From Erysipelotrichaceae bacterium MTC7 (lineage in GTDB: Bacteria > Bacillota_I > Bacilli_A > Erysipelotrichales > Erysipelotrichaceae), in NCBI GenBank assembly GCA_001695645.1, contig LVZN01000001.1, positions 60,001-92,000 on the forward strand: 32,000 nucleotides of DNA, written 5' to 3'. The notes beneath the pieces are model-generated. The model was not told the DNA's origin and ran no database searches. It saw only the letters and a list, made by a program, of their open reading frames with translations. Both the position numbers and the translations under genes were made by a program. Shown piece by piece: positions 1 through 9,890 of the stretch (the first letter of the stretch is position 1; the number at the start of each line of letters is the position of its first letter).

Positions 1-1169
1 AATAGATCACCATTTGCTACCCAGTCACCTAAACCAGCACGCTCATGGCGACGACCACCAAACCAACCATCATCAAGAACAAACAATTCTACACCATCTT
101 CATAAGCTTGCTTGGCAAAGGTAACAAGTAAGTCTTCAGTAAAGTTCATTCCAGTTGCTTCCCAATTATTGATTAAGACTGGACGTTCTTTATCTCTCCA
201 CACACCTCTAGCTAATCGGGTGCGATATAGTGTATGAAATGCCTGACTCATGCCATTTAAGCCACTTTGACTATAGGCAATGACAACCTCCGGTGCTTGG
301 AAACTTTCATTAGGCTCTAATAGCCAATCAAAGGTCATCGGATTAATTCCCATACTCACACGCGCAACATCGTAGGTATCTACTTCAACTTGTGCTAGAA
401 AATTACCAGAATACACAAAACTAAATCCGATTACTTCTCCATTATGTTCTGTAGCATTTTCTCGTTTTAGTGCAAGAAATGGATTTTGATAGTGACTTGA
501 TGATCCTCGATTACTTTCGATTGCTTGAATACCACTAGTTAACGGACGAAAGTGTGGTACCCTCTCACGACACCAGGCCCCTGATAACTGCAACATTTCA
601 TATTTCATATCTGGTAAGTCCAATGACATACTCATCAATCGTTGCAAATGAAGCTTTTGTGTTCCCTCATTATGAACACGAACACTACGAGCGATGATTG
701 GTAAATTTTCATAAATTGAATATGACAATACTACACGTAATTTTGTCACTGGATCTTTCAGTGTGATTTCTAATGTCTCTGCTTCATCATCGCTTTCAAC
801 ATAAGTAGCAGGCAACCCTTTTAATGTTGGTTTTCCTTTTAGCACATTGTGACTTTCATAAACAAATGCACTAATCGTACTTCCATTTTCTTGTTGAACA
901 GTTATGGCTGGTTGTCGAAAATCAGTAGATCCATAAACAGGAAACTCTTGCCGCAAATGCTCTCTAGAAAAGTCAACTTCTCCTTTATACACATATGCTG
1001 TATTTGGACGATATTCGTTTTCATGTAGATAGTCATAATGATCTCTAACATGTACTTTTTTCCCAAAGTATAAATTACCTAATGAACCATCTTTCATTAC
1101 TTCAAAAATGTAACTCATCTCACGATTTTGTAGGTGAAACACTTTTGTCTTTTCATTGATTACAATCAT
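1..1169 (-). CDS. alpha-galactosidase, GH36 family; N-terminal ~389 codons only, the 3' end lies beyond the window edge
   Basis: Absent from the ORF track because it is open at the edge. My reverse-strand translation from the ATG at 1169-1167 reads MIVINEKTKVFHLQNREMSYIFEVMKDGSL. Near the edge it reads RPVLINNWEATGMNFTEDLLVTFAKQAYEDGVELFVLDDGWFGGRRHERAGLGDWVANGD, the typical GH36 catalytic-barrel entry. AAGGAGG lies 9 nt upstream of the ATG. Confidence 0.85.
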   Translation of the reverse strand, partial: MIVINEKTKVFHLQNREMSYIFEVMKDGSLGNLYFGKKVHVRDHYDYLHENEYRPNTAYVYKGEVDFSREHLRQEFPVYGSTDFRQPAITVQQENGSTISAFVYESHNVLKGKPTLKGLPATYVESDDEAETLEITLKDPVTKLRVVLSYSIYENLPIIARSVRVHNEGTQKLHLQRLMSMSLDLPDMKYEMLQLSGAWCRERVPHFRPLTSGIQAIESNRGSSSHYQNPFLALKRENATEHNGEVIGFSFVYSGNFLAQVEVDTYDVARVSMGINPMTFDWLLEPNESFQAPEVVIAYSQSGLNGMSQAFHTLYRTRLARGVWRDKERPVLINNWEATGMNFTEDLLVTFAKQAYEDGVELFVLDDGWFGGRRHERAGLGDWVANGDL

Positions 1170-1385
1170 TATATAATGCCTCCTTGTAGCTATATGTTGA
1201 TTGTAATCCCTTTCATTTCTTTCGAAGAGTTAGCTTCGTTGTAAGAAACAGTCAAAATGTTAGTTGTTTGTGTAATCAATGCATAACAATTTTTCCATAG
1301 GAGTGAAATATTAATGACATAAAATGACAATGCTATGACAATTTCAAACATTGAGGGGAATGTGAGTTCATGTTAGGGATGGTTA

Positions 1386-2172
1386 TTACCAACATAACGA
1401 TGGCAGTTGAAGAACACGTACAAGCCTTTCACTCAAGAAAACTGAACGAACGATATACCGTTGTTTATGGAGACGCCACAATGATTAATGTCAGACGCGA
1501 TAGCGTTTCCAAAGAAGCGCTACATATATTAATTGGGATTACTCCTGAAGGTACTAAAGAGGTACTAGATTACCGACTATACCCTCAAGAATCAAGCGAA
1601 AACTATAAAGAAATGCTTGAAGACATTAAGCAACGTGGTACGCTAGAAATTCTTCTTTTCGTAACTGATGGTTTATCTGGACTAGCGAATGCTTGTTTAG
1701 ATGTTTACCCAAAAGCAAAACATCAAGCTTGCTGGGTGCATATTCAACGAAGTGTTTCTAGAAACGTTCGTGCCAAAGACATGAAAGAAGTTCTTGATGA
1801 TTTAAAACCGTATATAGAGCGAAAGATGAAGTTGAAGCACAAAATCATCTTGAAACGTTTAAAGATAAATACAAGAGTCGGTATCCAAAGGTGATTAAAT
1901 CACTAACGGATAATCCATCACTATTCAGTTTTTATGAATTCCCAGAAGCAATCAGAAGTAGTCTTTATACGACAAATCTCATTGAGGGGATGAATAAACA
2001 ATTGAAGCGTAATACAAAACGTAAAGAACAATTTCCAAACGAAGACTCTCTTGATCGGTTTGTATGTGACTACATGATGGATTACAACAGACGGTTTTCC
2101 ACACGAATCCATAAAGGGTTCGAAGTGGTACAAGCAGAGATTAAGGAAATGTTTGATAAACGATACAATTAA
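1386..2172 (+). pseudogene. IS256-family transposase pseudogene (N-terminal third deleted, frameshifted)
   Basis: Track ORFs 1370-1894 and 1891-2172 together match residues ~146-403 of the 403-aa transposase at 18843-20054. A single G is missing after 1810 (AAACCGTATATAG versus AAACCGGTATATAG at 19697), which splits the frame. The ATG at 1370 lies in unrelated flanking sequence. Confidence 0.9.
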
Positions 2173-2211
2173 ATTCTACTATGACGTTTACACAAAATTA
2201 TTGACACTACC
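1386..2211 (+). mobile_element. IS256-family insertion sequence remnant; left ~540 bp including the left IR is missing, the right terminal repeat is retained
   Basis: Collinear with 19276-20102 of the intact copy, with roughly a dozen substitutions by eye. It ends in the same 26-nt terminus GTTTACACAAAATTATTGACACTACC (2186-2211). Similarity begins abruptly near 1386. Confidence 0.9.
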
Positions 2212-2274
2212 TAATTTGAGATAGTTAAAAGACAAAAAATATCTTTAATCTATATTACGAATTATTTCTCTGTA

Positions 2275-2310
2275 ATTATAAAAACTCTATCAAAATTTGT
2301 TGATAGAGTT
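2275..2310 (-). terminator. possible rho-independent terminator distal to the rpiB-like gene
   Basis: 11-bp perfect stem AACTCTATCAA / TTGATAGAGTT (2283-2293 / 2300-2310) with a 6-nt loop. On the minus strand it is followed by TTTTTATAAT. It lies ~350 nt downstream of the stop at 2661, so the assignment is uncertain. Confidence 0.35.
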
Positions 2311-2660
2311 CTCTGAGTTTAGCAAAAATCATTTTACTAAATATTTAAATAAACCATAGAAATAATAATAATGACTCCTAATTCAAATATGCAATTATTG
2401 ATATAGAATTCTACCATTATTTACTTTGCTCCCACTTGATTATACCAGATGAATATTGAATATATTTATTATGTTTTTGATGTCTATTATCACTATTTTC
2501 TATAGTTATTATACTATCTATACATTTTTTGACAAGAATATAGAATCAAATTAGTATCATTTCGATTCTATATTGTTTAGAATTAATTAATAACTTCTCC
2601 AATTGTATTTACAATTTTATATTCATTTCCTTAAAATGATTTTTTTCTAGAAAGCATGTA

Positions 2661-3107
2661 TTATAACTGTTCATTTTCTATTTTGGTGATCATATCAATT
2701 CTTGTTTGATGTCTACCACCTTCAAACTCTGCAGTTATCCACTCATCAACAATCATCTTGGCTAACTCACTGCCAACTACTCTAGATCCAAATGCAAGGA
2801 TATTTGTATTATTATGCTGCTTCGATAATTTTGCAGTGTAAGGTTCACTACAAACAACAGCACGTATTCCATGTACCTTGTTGGCAGACAACGAAATTCC
2901 TACGCCACTACCACAAATCAATATTCCACAATCAATTTCTTTATTTATAATTGCATTTGCTACAGCTTCTCCTGCAATTGGATAGTCAAAGCGCTTTTTG
3001 CTGTCAGTTCCATAATCGACTACTTCATAACCGTTATCAATAAGATATTCACTGATTCTTTTTTTTAGCTCAACTGCAACATGATCATTTCCAATTCCAA
3101 TTTTCAT
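2661..3107 (-). CDS. rpiB: sugar-phosphate isomerase, RpiB/LacA/LacB family (RpiB / allose-6-phosphate isomerase type)
   Basis: 148 aa. MKIGIGNDHVAVELK and ICGSGVGISLSANK (catalytic Cys loop) are typical of RpiB. Its start ATG overlaps the upstream stop in an ATGA (3104-3107), which indicates translational coupling. Confidence 0.8.
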   Translation of the reverse strand: MKIGIGNDHVAVELKKRISEYLIDNGYEVVDYGTDSKKRFDYPIAGEAVANAIINKEIDCGILICGSGVGISLSANKVHGIRAVVCSEPYTAKLSKQHNNTNILAFGSRVVGSELAKMIVDEWITAEFEGGRHQTRIDMITKIENEQL

Positions 3108-3754
3108 AATTTTCTTAAATCCTTTATCAATGTAGTATAATCGACACCTTTATTAAACAGTGCACTTGTCCCCAAAATAAATCCATCACATTTAGACTTA
3201 CTTAACTCTTCAATAACAGTAGGTGAACAGGCACCATCAATCATAATTTTATATCCAAATTTTTCTTTAAGACTTACTAATTTATTAATTTTCTTCTTTA
3301 TAGGTTCAATAAACTGTTGTCCTGCGAATCCTGGATTAACTGTCATTACCATCACATAGTCACAGAATGGAAGAATTTCTTCAATTGTTGAAACACTAGT
3401 ATCAGGGTTTATAGCAATTCCAGATAATACTCCTCTGTTTCTTATGTGTTGTAATGTTCTTATTGTGTATCGCTCTGATTCGGGGTGTATATAAATAATG
3501 TTTACTCCCAAATCTATAAACCAATCCACTTTATTTGATGGATTTTCAATCATTAAATGACAATCAATTAATTTGTCAGTATATTTTCTTATTGTTTGAA
3601 TATCTTTAGTACCCATTGTAATATTCGGTACAAATGTTCCGTCCATAATGTCGCAATGAAAAATATCAATGTCTGCATCATTCAAAGATTTAATTTCCCT
3701 TGCTAGGTTATCAAAGTTTGCACACATTATTGAAGGACATAGTAATTTTTCCAT
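3104..3754 (-). CDS. hexulose-phosphate 3-epimerase, AlsE-like (D-allulose-6-phosphate 3-epimerase type) member of the ribulose-phosphate 3-epimerase family
   Basis: CPSIMCANF, FHCDIMDGTFVPNITMG, DCHLMIENP, VMTVNPGFAGQQF, IDGACS and GTSALFN resemble my recollection of E. coli AlsE (DGSC, GTSGLFN) more than Rpe (DGGV, GSAIF). I place the start at MEKLL (3754) because AAGGAG lies 7 nt upstream. The track ORF extends to 3772. Confidence 0.75.
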   Translation of the reverse strand: MEKLLCPSIMCANFDNLAREIKSLNDADIDIFHCDIMDGTFVPNITMGTKDIQTIRKYTDKLIDCHLMIENPSNKVDWFIDLGVNIIYIHPESERYTIRTLQHIRNRGVLSGIAINPDTSVSTIEEILPFCDYVMVMTVNPGFAGQQFIEPIKKKINKLVSLKEKFGYKIMIDGACSPTVIEELSKSKCDGFILGTSALFNKGVDYTTLIKDLRKL

Positions 3755-3781
3755 AGTAGCTCCTTTATTCACTTTAGTATT

Positions 3782-5272
<1,491 letters not shown>

Positions 5273-5277
5273 CTAGA

Positions 5278-6678
5278 TTATTTCGTCGCTTCTTTTTTAT
5301 CAACACCAAGAATCATAATTGCTGCAAACACTACTATACATCCTATTAGAATACCAGGAATCGCTCTTAATAAGTTATCCATACCTCCTGCTAAAAACGC
5401 AGTTATTCCTAAAAAGTTCGAAGCTGATAAAGCGTAAACACCAACGCCTAAAATCCTATGCGTTGCGCCTGTAACAGCCATCCCAAGACAAGCAATAATC
5501 ATTATTTTGATATTCTTCATATAAATAGCATAGATACTAGGTTCCATTACGCCTCCAACAACTGCAGCAATTGTACTTTCTGTTGCCGTTTCTTTTAATG
5601 CTTTGTTTTTTGTTTTTACACGTATCGCAATATTTAGTGCTGCAAAAATCCAACATTGACTAAATACAGATGGTAATAATGCATAAGTAACCCCAGTAGT
5701 AAATAGATCCATAACAAATATTCCAGATAAAGCTGAATGCATACCTACACTTACAAATAACGTGTACAACCCTCCAGCAACCAAAGACACTAGTACTGGT
5801 GAAATTGATTCTAATAATGTAATTGGATAAGCTAGCAATAATCCTAACTGCATTCCTCCTGGAGTTAAAATAAATAAAGCAATTGGAAGCATAATTAGCA
5901 ACTCAAATACTCCAACCAATATAAATTTAAAGTTGTCAGGCATTATTTTATTAATACCTTTTTCAACATAAGACATTATCCAAATTTGTAAGATAACTGG
6001 AATAATCTGTCCATTTAATGTATGAGCCAACGGTTCAATTCCAAACATTGTTAACGATCCATCACCTACAGCTGTTGTCCATTCACTAGAAAGTTGAATA
6101 CACACTAATAATATTGCAAATATTGGTGAACAATTAAACTTTCTTGCAGCTGTATAAGCAATTACAACGGGAATGAAGTACATAATGCCATCTTGAGCCA
6201 TTACTAGAAGTTTATAAACACCAGATTCTACTGAAACTACATTTAAACCTGTTGGTCCTATGACTGATACAATTGCTGCAAACATCCCCATTGCCACCAT
6301 TGCTCCCAATGCTGGAACAATACATTCTGTAAGCGTTGTAACAATTCCTTTTAATCTATCTTTCACAGTTTTATTCTCTTTTGGAATATCTAGATTTTCT
6401 TTTATCTCATCACTTGTTTCTAATTTCCCTTGTTTACAAACTTCATCATATACACCCCCAACCGATGTGCCAATAATTACTTGCAATTGATCTCCAACCC
6501 ACAATCTTCCATTTGTTCCTTCTAATTCATCTAATTCTTTATCATTTATTAAGCTCTTATCTTTCACATTAAAGCGTAAACGAGTAATACAATGTTCGCA
6601 GAAAATAATATTCTCTGGACCTCCAACCAATTCAAGAATTTTAGAAGCTAATTCACTATATTTTTTTTTCTTTGCCAT
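5278..6678 (-). CDS. PTS glucose/beta-glucoside-family EIIBC component
   Basis: 466 aa. N-terminal EIIB with the phospho-Cys motif CEHCITRLRFNVKD, followed by a polytopic EIIC. There is no EIIA domain. AAGGAGA RBS. Confidence 0.9.
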   Translation of the reverse strand: MAKKKKYSELASKILELVGGPENIIFCEHCITRLRFNVKDKSLINDKELDELEGTNGRLWVGDQLQVIIGTSVGGVYDEVCKQGKLETSDEIKENLDIPKENKTVKDRLKGIVTTLTECIVPALGAMVAMGMFAAIVSVIGPTGLNVVSVESGVYKLLVMAQDGIMYFIPVVIAYTAARKFNCSPIFAILLVCIQLSSEWTTAVGDGSLTMFGIEPLAHTLNGQIIPVILQIWIMSYVEKGINKIMPDNFKFILVGVFELLIMLPIALFILTPGGMQLGLLLAYPITLLESISPVLVSLVAGGLYTLFVSVGMHSALSGIFVMDLFTTGVTYALLPSVFSQCWIFAALNIAIRVKTKNKALKETATESTIAAVVGGVMEPSIYAIYMKNIKIMIIACLGMAVTGATHRILGVGVYALSASNFLGITAFLAGGMDNLLRAIPGILIGCIVVFAAIMILGVDKKEATK

Positions 6679-6750
6679 AATTTTCTCCTTTTAATTTTAA
6701 TTAATTTATTTAAACAATAAATCGCGCGAATTTTATTGTTGAAATCTGGT

Positions 6751-6811
6751 AAAATAAAAACCTCAAACATATAAAGACTTTACGACATAAAATCGTCTTT
6801 ATCGTCTGAGG
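6751..6811 (-). terminator. conditional rho-independent terminator of the EIIBC leader
   Basis: Minus-strand CCTCAGACGATAAAGAC...GTCTTTATATGTTTGAGG followed by TTTTTATTTT. The 5' arm overlaps RAT-C. Confidence 0.7.
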
Positions 6812-6835
6812 TCAAGCCCGAAAGGTAACACCCTC
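6808..6835 (-). promoter_or_regulatory. ribonucleic antiterminator (RAT) element, copy C
   Basis: Minus strand GAGGGTGTTACCTTTCGGGCTTGACCTC. It matches the BglG/LicT RAT pattern (GTTAC...GGC.TGACC) and overlaps the terminator 5' arm. Confidence 0.7.
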
Positions 6836-6850
6836 ATATTGAATTAATCT

Positions 6851-6877
6851 AGGTCAGGCCTCAGCGAGTAACCTTCC
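6851..6877 (-). promoter_or_regulatory. RAT-like element, copy B, immediately after the antiterminator gene stop
   Basis: Minus strand GGAAGGTTACTCGCTGAGGCCTGACCT. It closely parallels copies A and C. I could not fold a terminator of its own. Confidence 0.55.
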
Positions 6878-6882
6878 TATTT

Positions 6883-7722
6883 TTAATAAGTATTCTCGTA
6901 ATCTTCTCTTGTACATAATCGATTCACATGAAGCATTAAATATAACTTCTCTTCATCGGTTAATTCATACTTCATAATATCCTCCAAATAGATTGTTATT
7001 TTTTCAACAACTACATGTGTATCAGGATAAGTATCTACTAAAGTAGTATACATTTCTAAATTCTTTGATGACATAAATTTTTTCTTTTTTCCTCGAATGA
7101 ATAAATAACTCATATGAGAAACAAACCGTGAATAATTTAATTCATCTGTATTAATCTTAATATCATAATATCTTTGAATAATATCTATAATATCTTCAAT
7201 CATTTCTTCATTTTTTTTATCTTCATTGTTTTCCGCTTGTGCCCCTGCATTGATAATGTGCAAAGCTATCATTCCTGCTTCTTGTTTAGGTAATGAAACA
7301 CCTAATTCATTTTTAATGATTTTTAATGCAAATAAGCCTACATCATATTCTTTCTCATATAGGTGCTCAATGTCTTTCATAATTGGTAAACTTATGTCCA
7401 TATCTTTTTTATATCTTTTGATACCAAAGTCGATATGATCCGCAAGTGTAAAAACAAGATTTGGGTTCATCGGATAATCTATCATAATACGACAGTAATC
7501 TGTTATTTTAATAGCAATTTTTATAATTGTTTCAGATATATGATTTACTATATTTAAATAACTAGGGTTTACTTTATAGTATGTTCTTTCAATTTTTGAT
7601 AATTCTATCTCATCATTAAGATTCTTACCAAATCCTATCCCCTTACCAAATACAACTACTTCATTATTATCATTGTCTAAACACAATGTAATATTATTAT
7701 TTATACATCTGATAACCTTCAC
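6883..7722 (-). CDS. BglG/LicT/SacY-family PRD-containing transcription antiterminator
   Basis: 279 aa. N-terminal CAT domain MKVIRCINNNITLCLDNDNNEVVVFGKGIGFGK, followed by two PRD-like halves. GTG start with GGAGG 9 nt upstream. Confidence 0.9.
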   Translation of the reverse strand: MKVIRCINNNITLCLDNDNNEVVVFGKGIGFGKNLNDEIELSKIERTYYKVNPSYLNIVNHISETIIKIAIKITDYCRIMIDYPMNPNLVFTLADHIDFGIKRYKKDMDISLPIMKDIEHLYEKEYDVGLFALKIIKNELGVSLPKQEAGMIALHIINAGAQAENNEDKKNEEMIEDIIDIIQRYYDIKINTDELNYSRFVSHMSYLFIRGKKKKFMSSKNLEMYTTLVDTYPDTHVVVEKITIYLEDIMKYELTDEEKLYLMLHVNRLCTREDYENTY

Positions 7723-7737
7723 ATCTACTTACCTCCA

Positions 7738-8211
7738 TTATTTTTTATGACATGTCATAATAATAGAATCTGTTGTTACTTCTGAGTGATTTTCCATTGT
7801 AACTGAATAATCGTTATTAGTGATGACAAGAGGTGTTGTTAAATCAATATTATTTGTTTCCATTAATGCTCTATCAATCTTTATGATTGGTGTACCATGT
7901 TTTACTTTATCACCTTCACAAACCAAAACCTCAAACCCCTCACCAGCTAATGAAACAGTATCTAAGCCAATATGTAGTAATATCTCAGCATCATTACAAG
8001 CTATAAAACCAATTGCATGTTTTGTTTGAGCAACTAATTGCACAATACCATCTACAGGAGAATAAAGAATATCATCATTAAAAATTAAACCTACACCTTC
8101 CCCCATCATCTTCTTTGAAAAAACTGGATCAGGAACCTCATAAATATCTATTTTTCTACCTTTTACTGGTGAATAAATATCACATTTTTTCTTCTTTTGT
8201 AAACCAAACAT
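7738..8211 (-). CDS. PTS glucose-family EIIA component (stand-alone)
   Basis: 157 aa. GEGVGL...DGIV...TKHAIGF...ILLHIGLDTV...GEGF is the EIIA-Glc fold signature with two conserved His. AAGGAGA RBS. Confidence 0.9.
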   Translation of the reverse strand: MFGLQKKKKCDIYSPVKGRKIDIYEVPDPVFSKKMMGEGVGLIFNDDILYSPVDGIVQLVAQTKHAIGFIACNDAEILLHIGLDTVSLAGEGFEVLVCEGDKVKHGTPIIKIDRALMETNNIDLTTPLVITNNDYSVTMENHSEVTTDSIIMTCHKK

Positions 8212-8229
8212 AGCATTTCTCCTTTATAC

Positions 8230-8289
8230 AAAATAAAAACTCTTTGTAAGCGACCATAAAAACAAAACTAGGTCAAGCCTCCAAAGAGT
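8230..8289 (-). terminator. conditional rho-independent terminator in the bgl operon leader
   Basis: Minus strand CTCTTTG(8288-8282)...CAAAGAG(8246-8240) followed by TTTTTATTTT. An internal GACC/GGTC pairing is also present. The 5' arm is shared with RAT-A. Confidence 0.7.
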
Positions 8290-8297
8290 AACATTCC
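8271..8297 (-). promoter_or_regulatory. RAT element, copy A, at the 5' end of the EIIA-antiterminator transcript
   Basis: Minus strand GGAATGTTACTCTTTGGAGGCTTGACC, starting a few nt after the predicted transcription start. Confidence 0.7.
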
Positions 8298-8310
8298 TAA
8301 ATACTATTTT

Positions 8311-8339
8311 ATATTAGCATCTCTTCAAGACTATGTCAA
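8311..8339 (-). promoter_or_regulatory. sigma-A type promoter of the bgl-type operon
   Basis: Minus strand TTGACA (8339-8334), 17 nt spacer, TAATAT (8316-8311). Confidence 0.6.
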
Positions 8340-8371
8340 TTATTTTTGGAATTACTGATAATCACCTTTGT

Positions 8372-9811
8372 TTATTCTAAATATTCACCATTTGTTTCAA
8401 TCACTTTTTTATACCAATGGAAGCTATCTTTTCGATAACGCTTCATTTCTGAGATTTTTGCTTTTTCATCATCTTCATCACGATCAACATAAATAAACCC
8501 ATAACGCTTTGTTATACCTTCACGTGTTGATACTAAATCAATCGCACTCCATGGACAATATCCAAAAAGCATTGCACCTTCCTCTATTCCTAACTTTATT
8601 TCTTTGATTGTTTCACGCAAGTGTTCAATCCGATATTGATCATGTATTGTTCCATCAGATTCTAAAATATCATCACGACCATAACCATTCTCTGTAACAA
8701 TCAATGGTAAATGATAACGATCAGTTAATCGCCTAGCAGTAACTCTGATACATGATGGATCATAATAATGACCATCAATTTCTGCCTTAGTCATATATTC
8801 ATTATGTATTACCTTACCAACACCTGGTTTTTCCATCAATTTTGCTAAATAACTCATATTACGATTATCTGCATTTTTTAATTCATTCAAATCTAATTTA
8901 TAATAATCTAAATGTTCTGTAGTATCATTCCCATAGCAATTAAAAGCTATAAAATCTGGTTTGCATTCCTTCATCACTTCCATATCTCCCTCATGAATAT
9001 CCAGCTTAACATCATTAAGTTCAAAATATCGATCTACACTCTTAGGATATTCACCAAATACAAGTGGATCTAAATACCAATTATTTCTCAAATCATCCAT
9101 GTTGTAAGCTGCAATTTGATCTTTGGGATTACAGCTTGCTGGATATGAAGTAGTTATATTAGGTGCAGGACCAATTTTTGCATTTGGACTAATTTCATGG
9201 CAAAGTTTTATTGCCTTTGCTTGTGCAACAATTTGTCGATGCCCATCATTATAAATTTCATTCATCGAACGAGTAGATACTCCTCCTCCAATCATATCTA
9301 ATGCCCCAAAGTAAATAAGAGCATTCTGTTCATTGAACGTAAGCCAGTATTTTATATCATCCTTATAATTTTCAAATAAAACACGACAATATTCAACATA
9401 CAAATCAATTAGTTTGCGATTACTCCATCCCCCGTAATTTTCCTGCAATGCTAACGGCAAGTCAAAATGAAAAATGGTCACAATTGGTTCAATTCCATAC
9501 TTCTTACATTCTTTAAATACATTTTTATAAAATCTAATTCCCTCTAAATTTATATCACCTTCACCAGTTGGCATAATTCTTGACCAAGAAATTGACATTC
9601 TATAAGCCTTAAACCCCATCTCTGCCATCATTGCAATATCTTCTTTATAATGATGATAAAAATCACTTGCATAGTGGAAGGAGCAAGTTCCTGGATTTAA
9701 TTTCTTAGTATCCCATATTGATAAACCTCGTCCATCACAATCAAATCCACCTTCAACTTGAGCACTTGATGTAGAGGCCCCCCATAAAAAATTATTTGGA
9801 AAATTTGTCAT
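8372..9811 (-). CDS. 6-phospho-beta-glycosidase, GH1 (paralogue 2)
   Basis: 479 aa. [32 protein letters not shown]. There is no SD close to the ATG; see the hairpin at 9826-9862. Confidence 0.9.
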   Translation of the reverse strand: MTNFPNNFLWGASTSSAQVEGGFDCDGRGLSIWDTKKLNPGTCSFHYASDFYHHYKEDIAMMAEMGFKAYRMSISWSRIMPTGEGDINLEGIRFYKNVFKECKKYGIEPIVTIFHFDLPLALQENYGGWSNRKLIDLYVEYCRVLFENYKDDIKYWLTFNEQNALIYFGALDMIGGGVSTRSMNEIYNDGHRQIVAQAKAIKLCHEISPNAKIGPAPNITTSYPASCNPKDQIAAYNMDDLRNNWYLDPLVFGEYPKSVDRYFELNDVKLDIHEGDMEVMKECKPDFIAFNCYGNDTTEHLDYYKLDLNELKNADNRNMSYLAKLMEKPGVGKVIHNEYMTKAEIDGHYYDPSCIRVTARRLTDRYHLPLIVTENGYGRDDILESDGTIHDQYRIEHLRETIKEIKLGIEEGAMLFGYCPWSAIDLVSTREGITKRYGFIYVDRDEDDEKAKISEMKRYRKDSFHWYKKVIETNGEYLE

Positions 9812-9825
9812 ATTATTTATTATCT

Positions 9826-9862
9826 TTATATTAGAATCGATATAAAATCGATTCTAATATAA
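9826..9862. repeat. perfect 16-bp inverted repeat with a 5-nt loop between two GH1 genes
   Basis: TTATATTAGAATCGAT ataaa ATCGATTCTAATATAA, verified base by base. No U-run follows on either strand. Confidence 0.9.
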
Positions 9863-9890
9863 TCTCCTTTCTACAATTATATTCATATTT

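Noticed and set aside
1370-1385. ATG at 1370 as a genuine start of a 174-aa transposase-like protein.
   Set aside because: The first ~5 codons lie outside the region of IS256 similarity. The ORF is a chance fusion of flanking DNA to a 5'-truncated, frameshifted transposase gene.
2537-2574. Inverted repeat AATATAGAATC...GATTCTATATT, which shares the TAGAATC/GATTCTA core with the 9826-9862 hairpin and might belong to a small palindromic repeat family.
   Set aside because: Only a 7-nt core is shared, in very AT-rich DNA. The loop length differs (16 nt versus 5 nt), and I saw no further copies in the window. This is too weak to call a repeat family.
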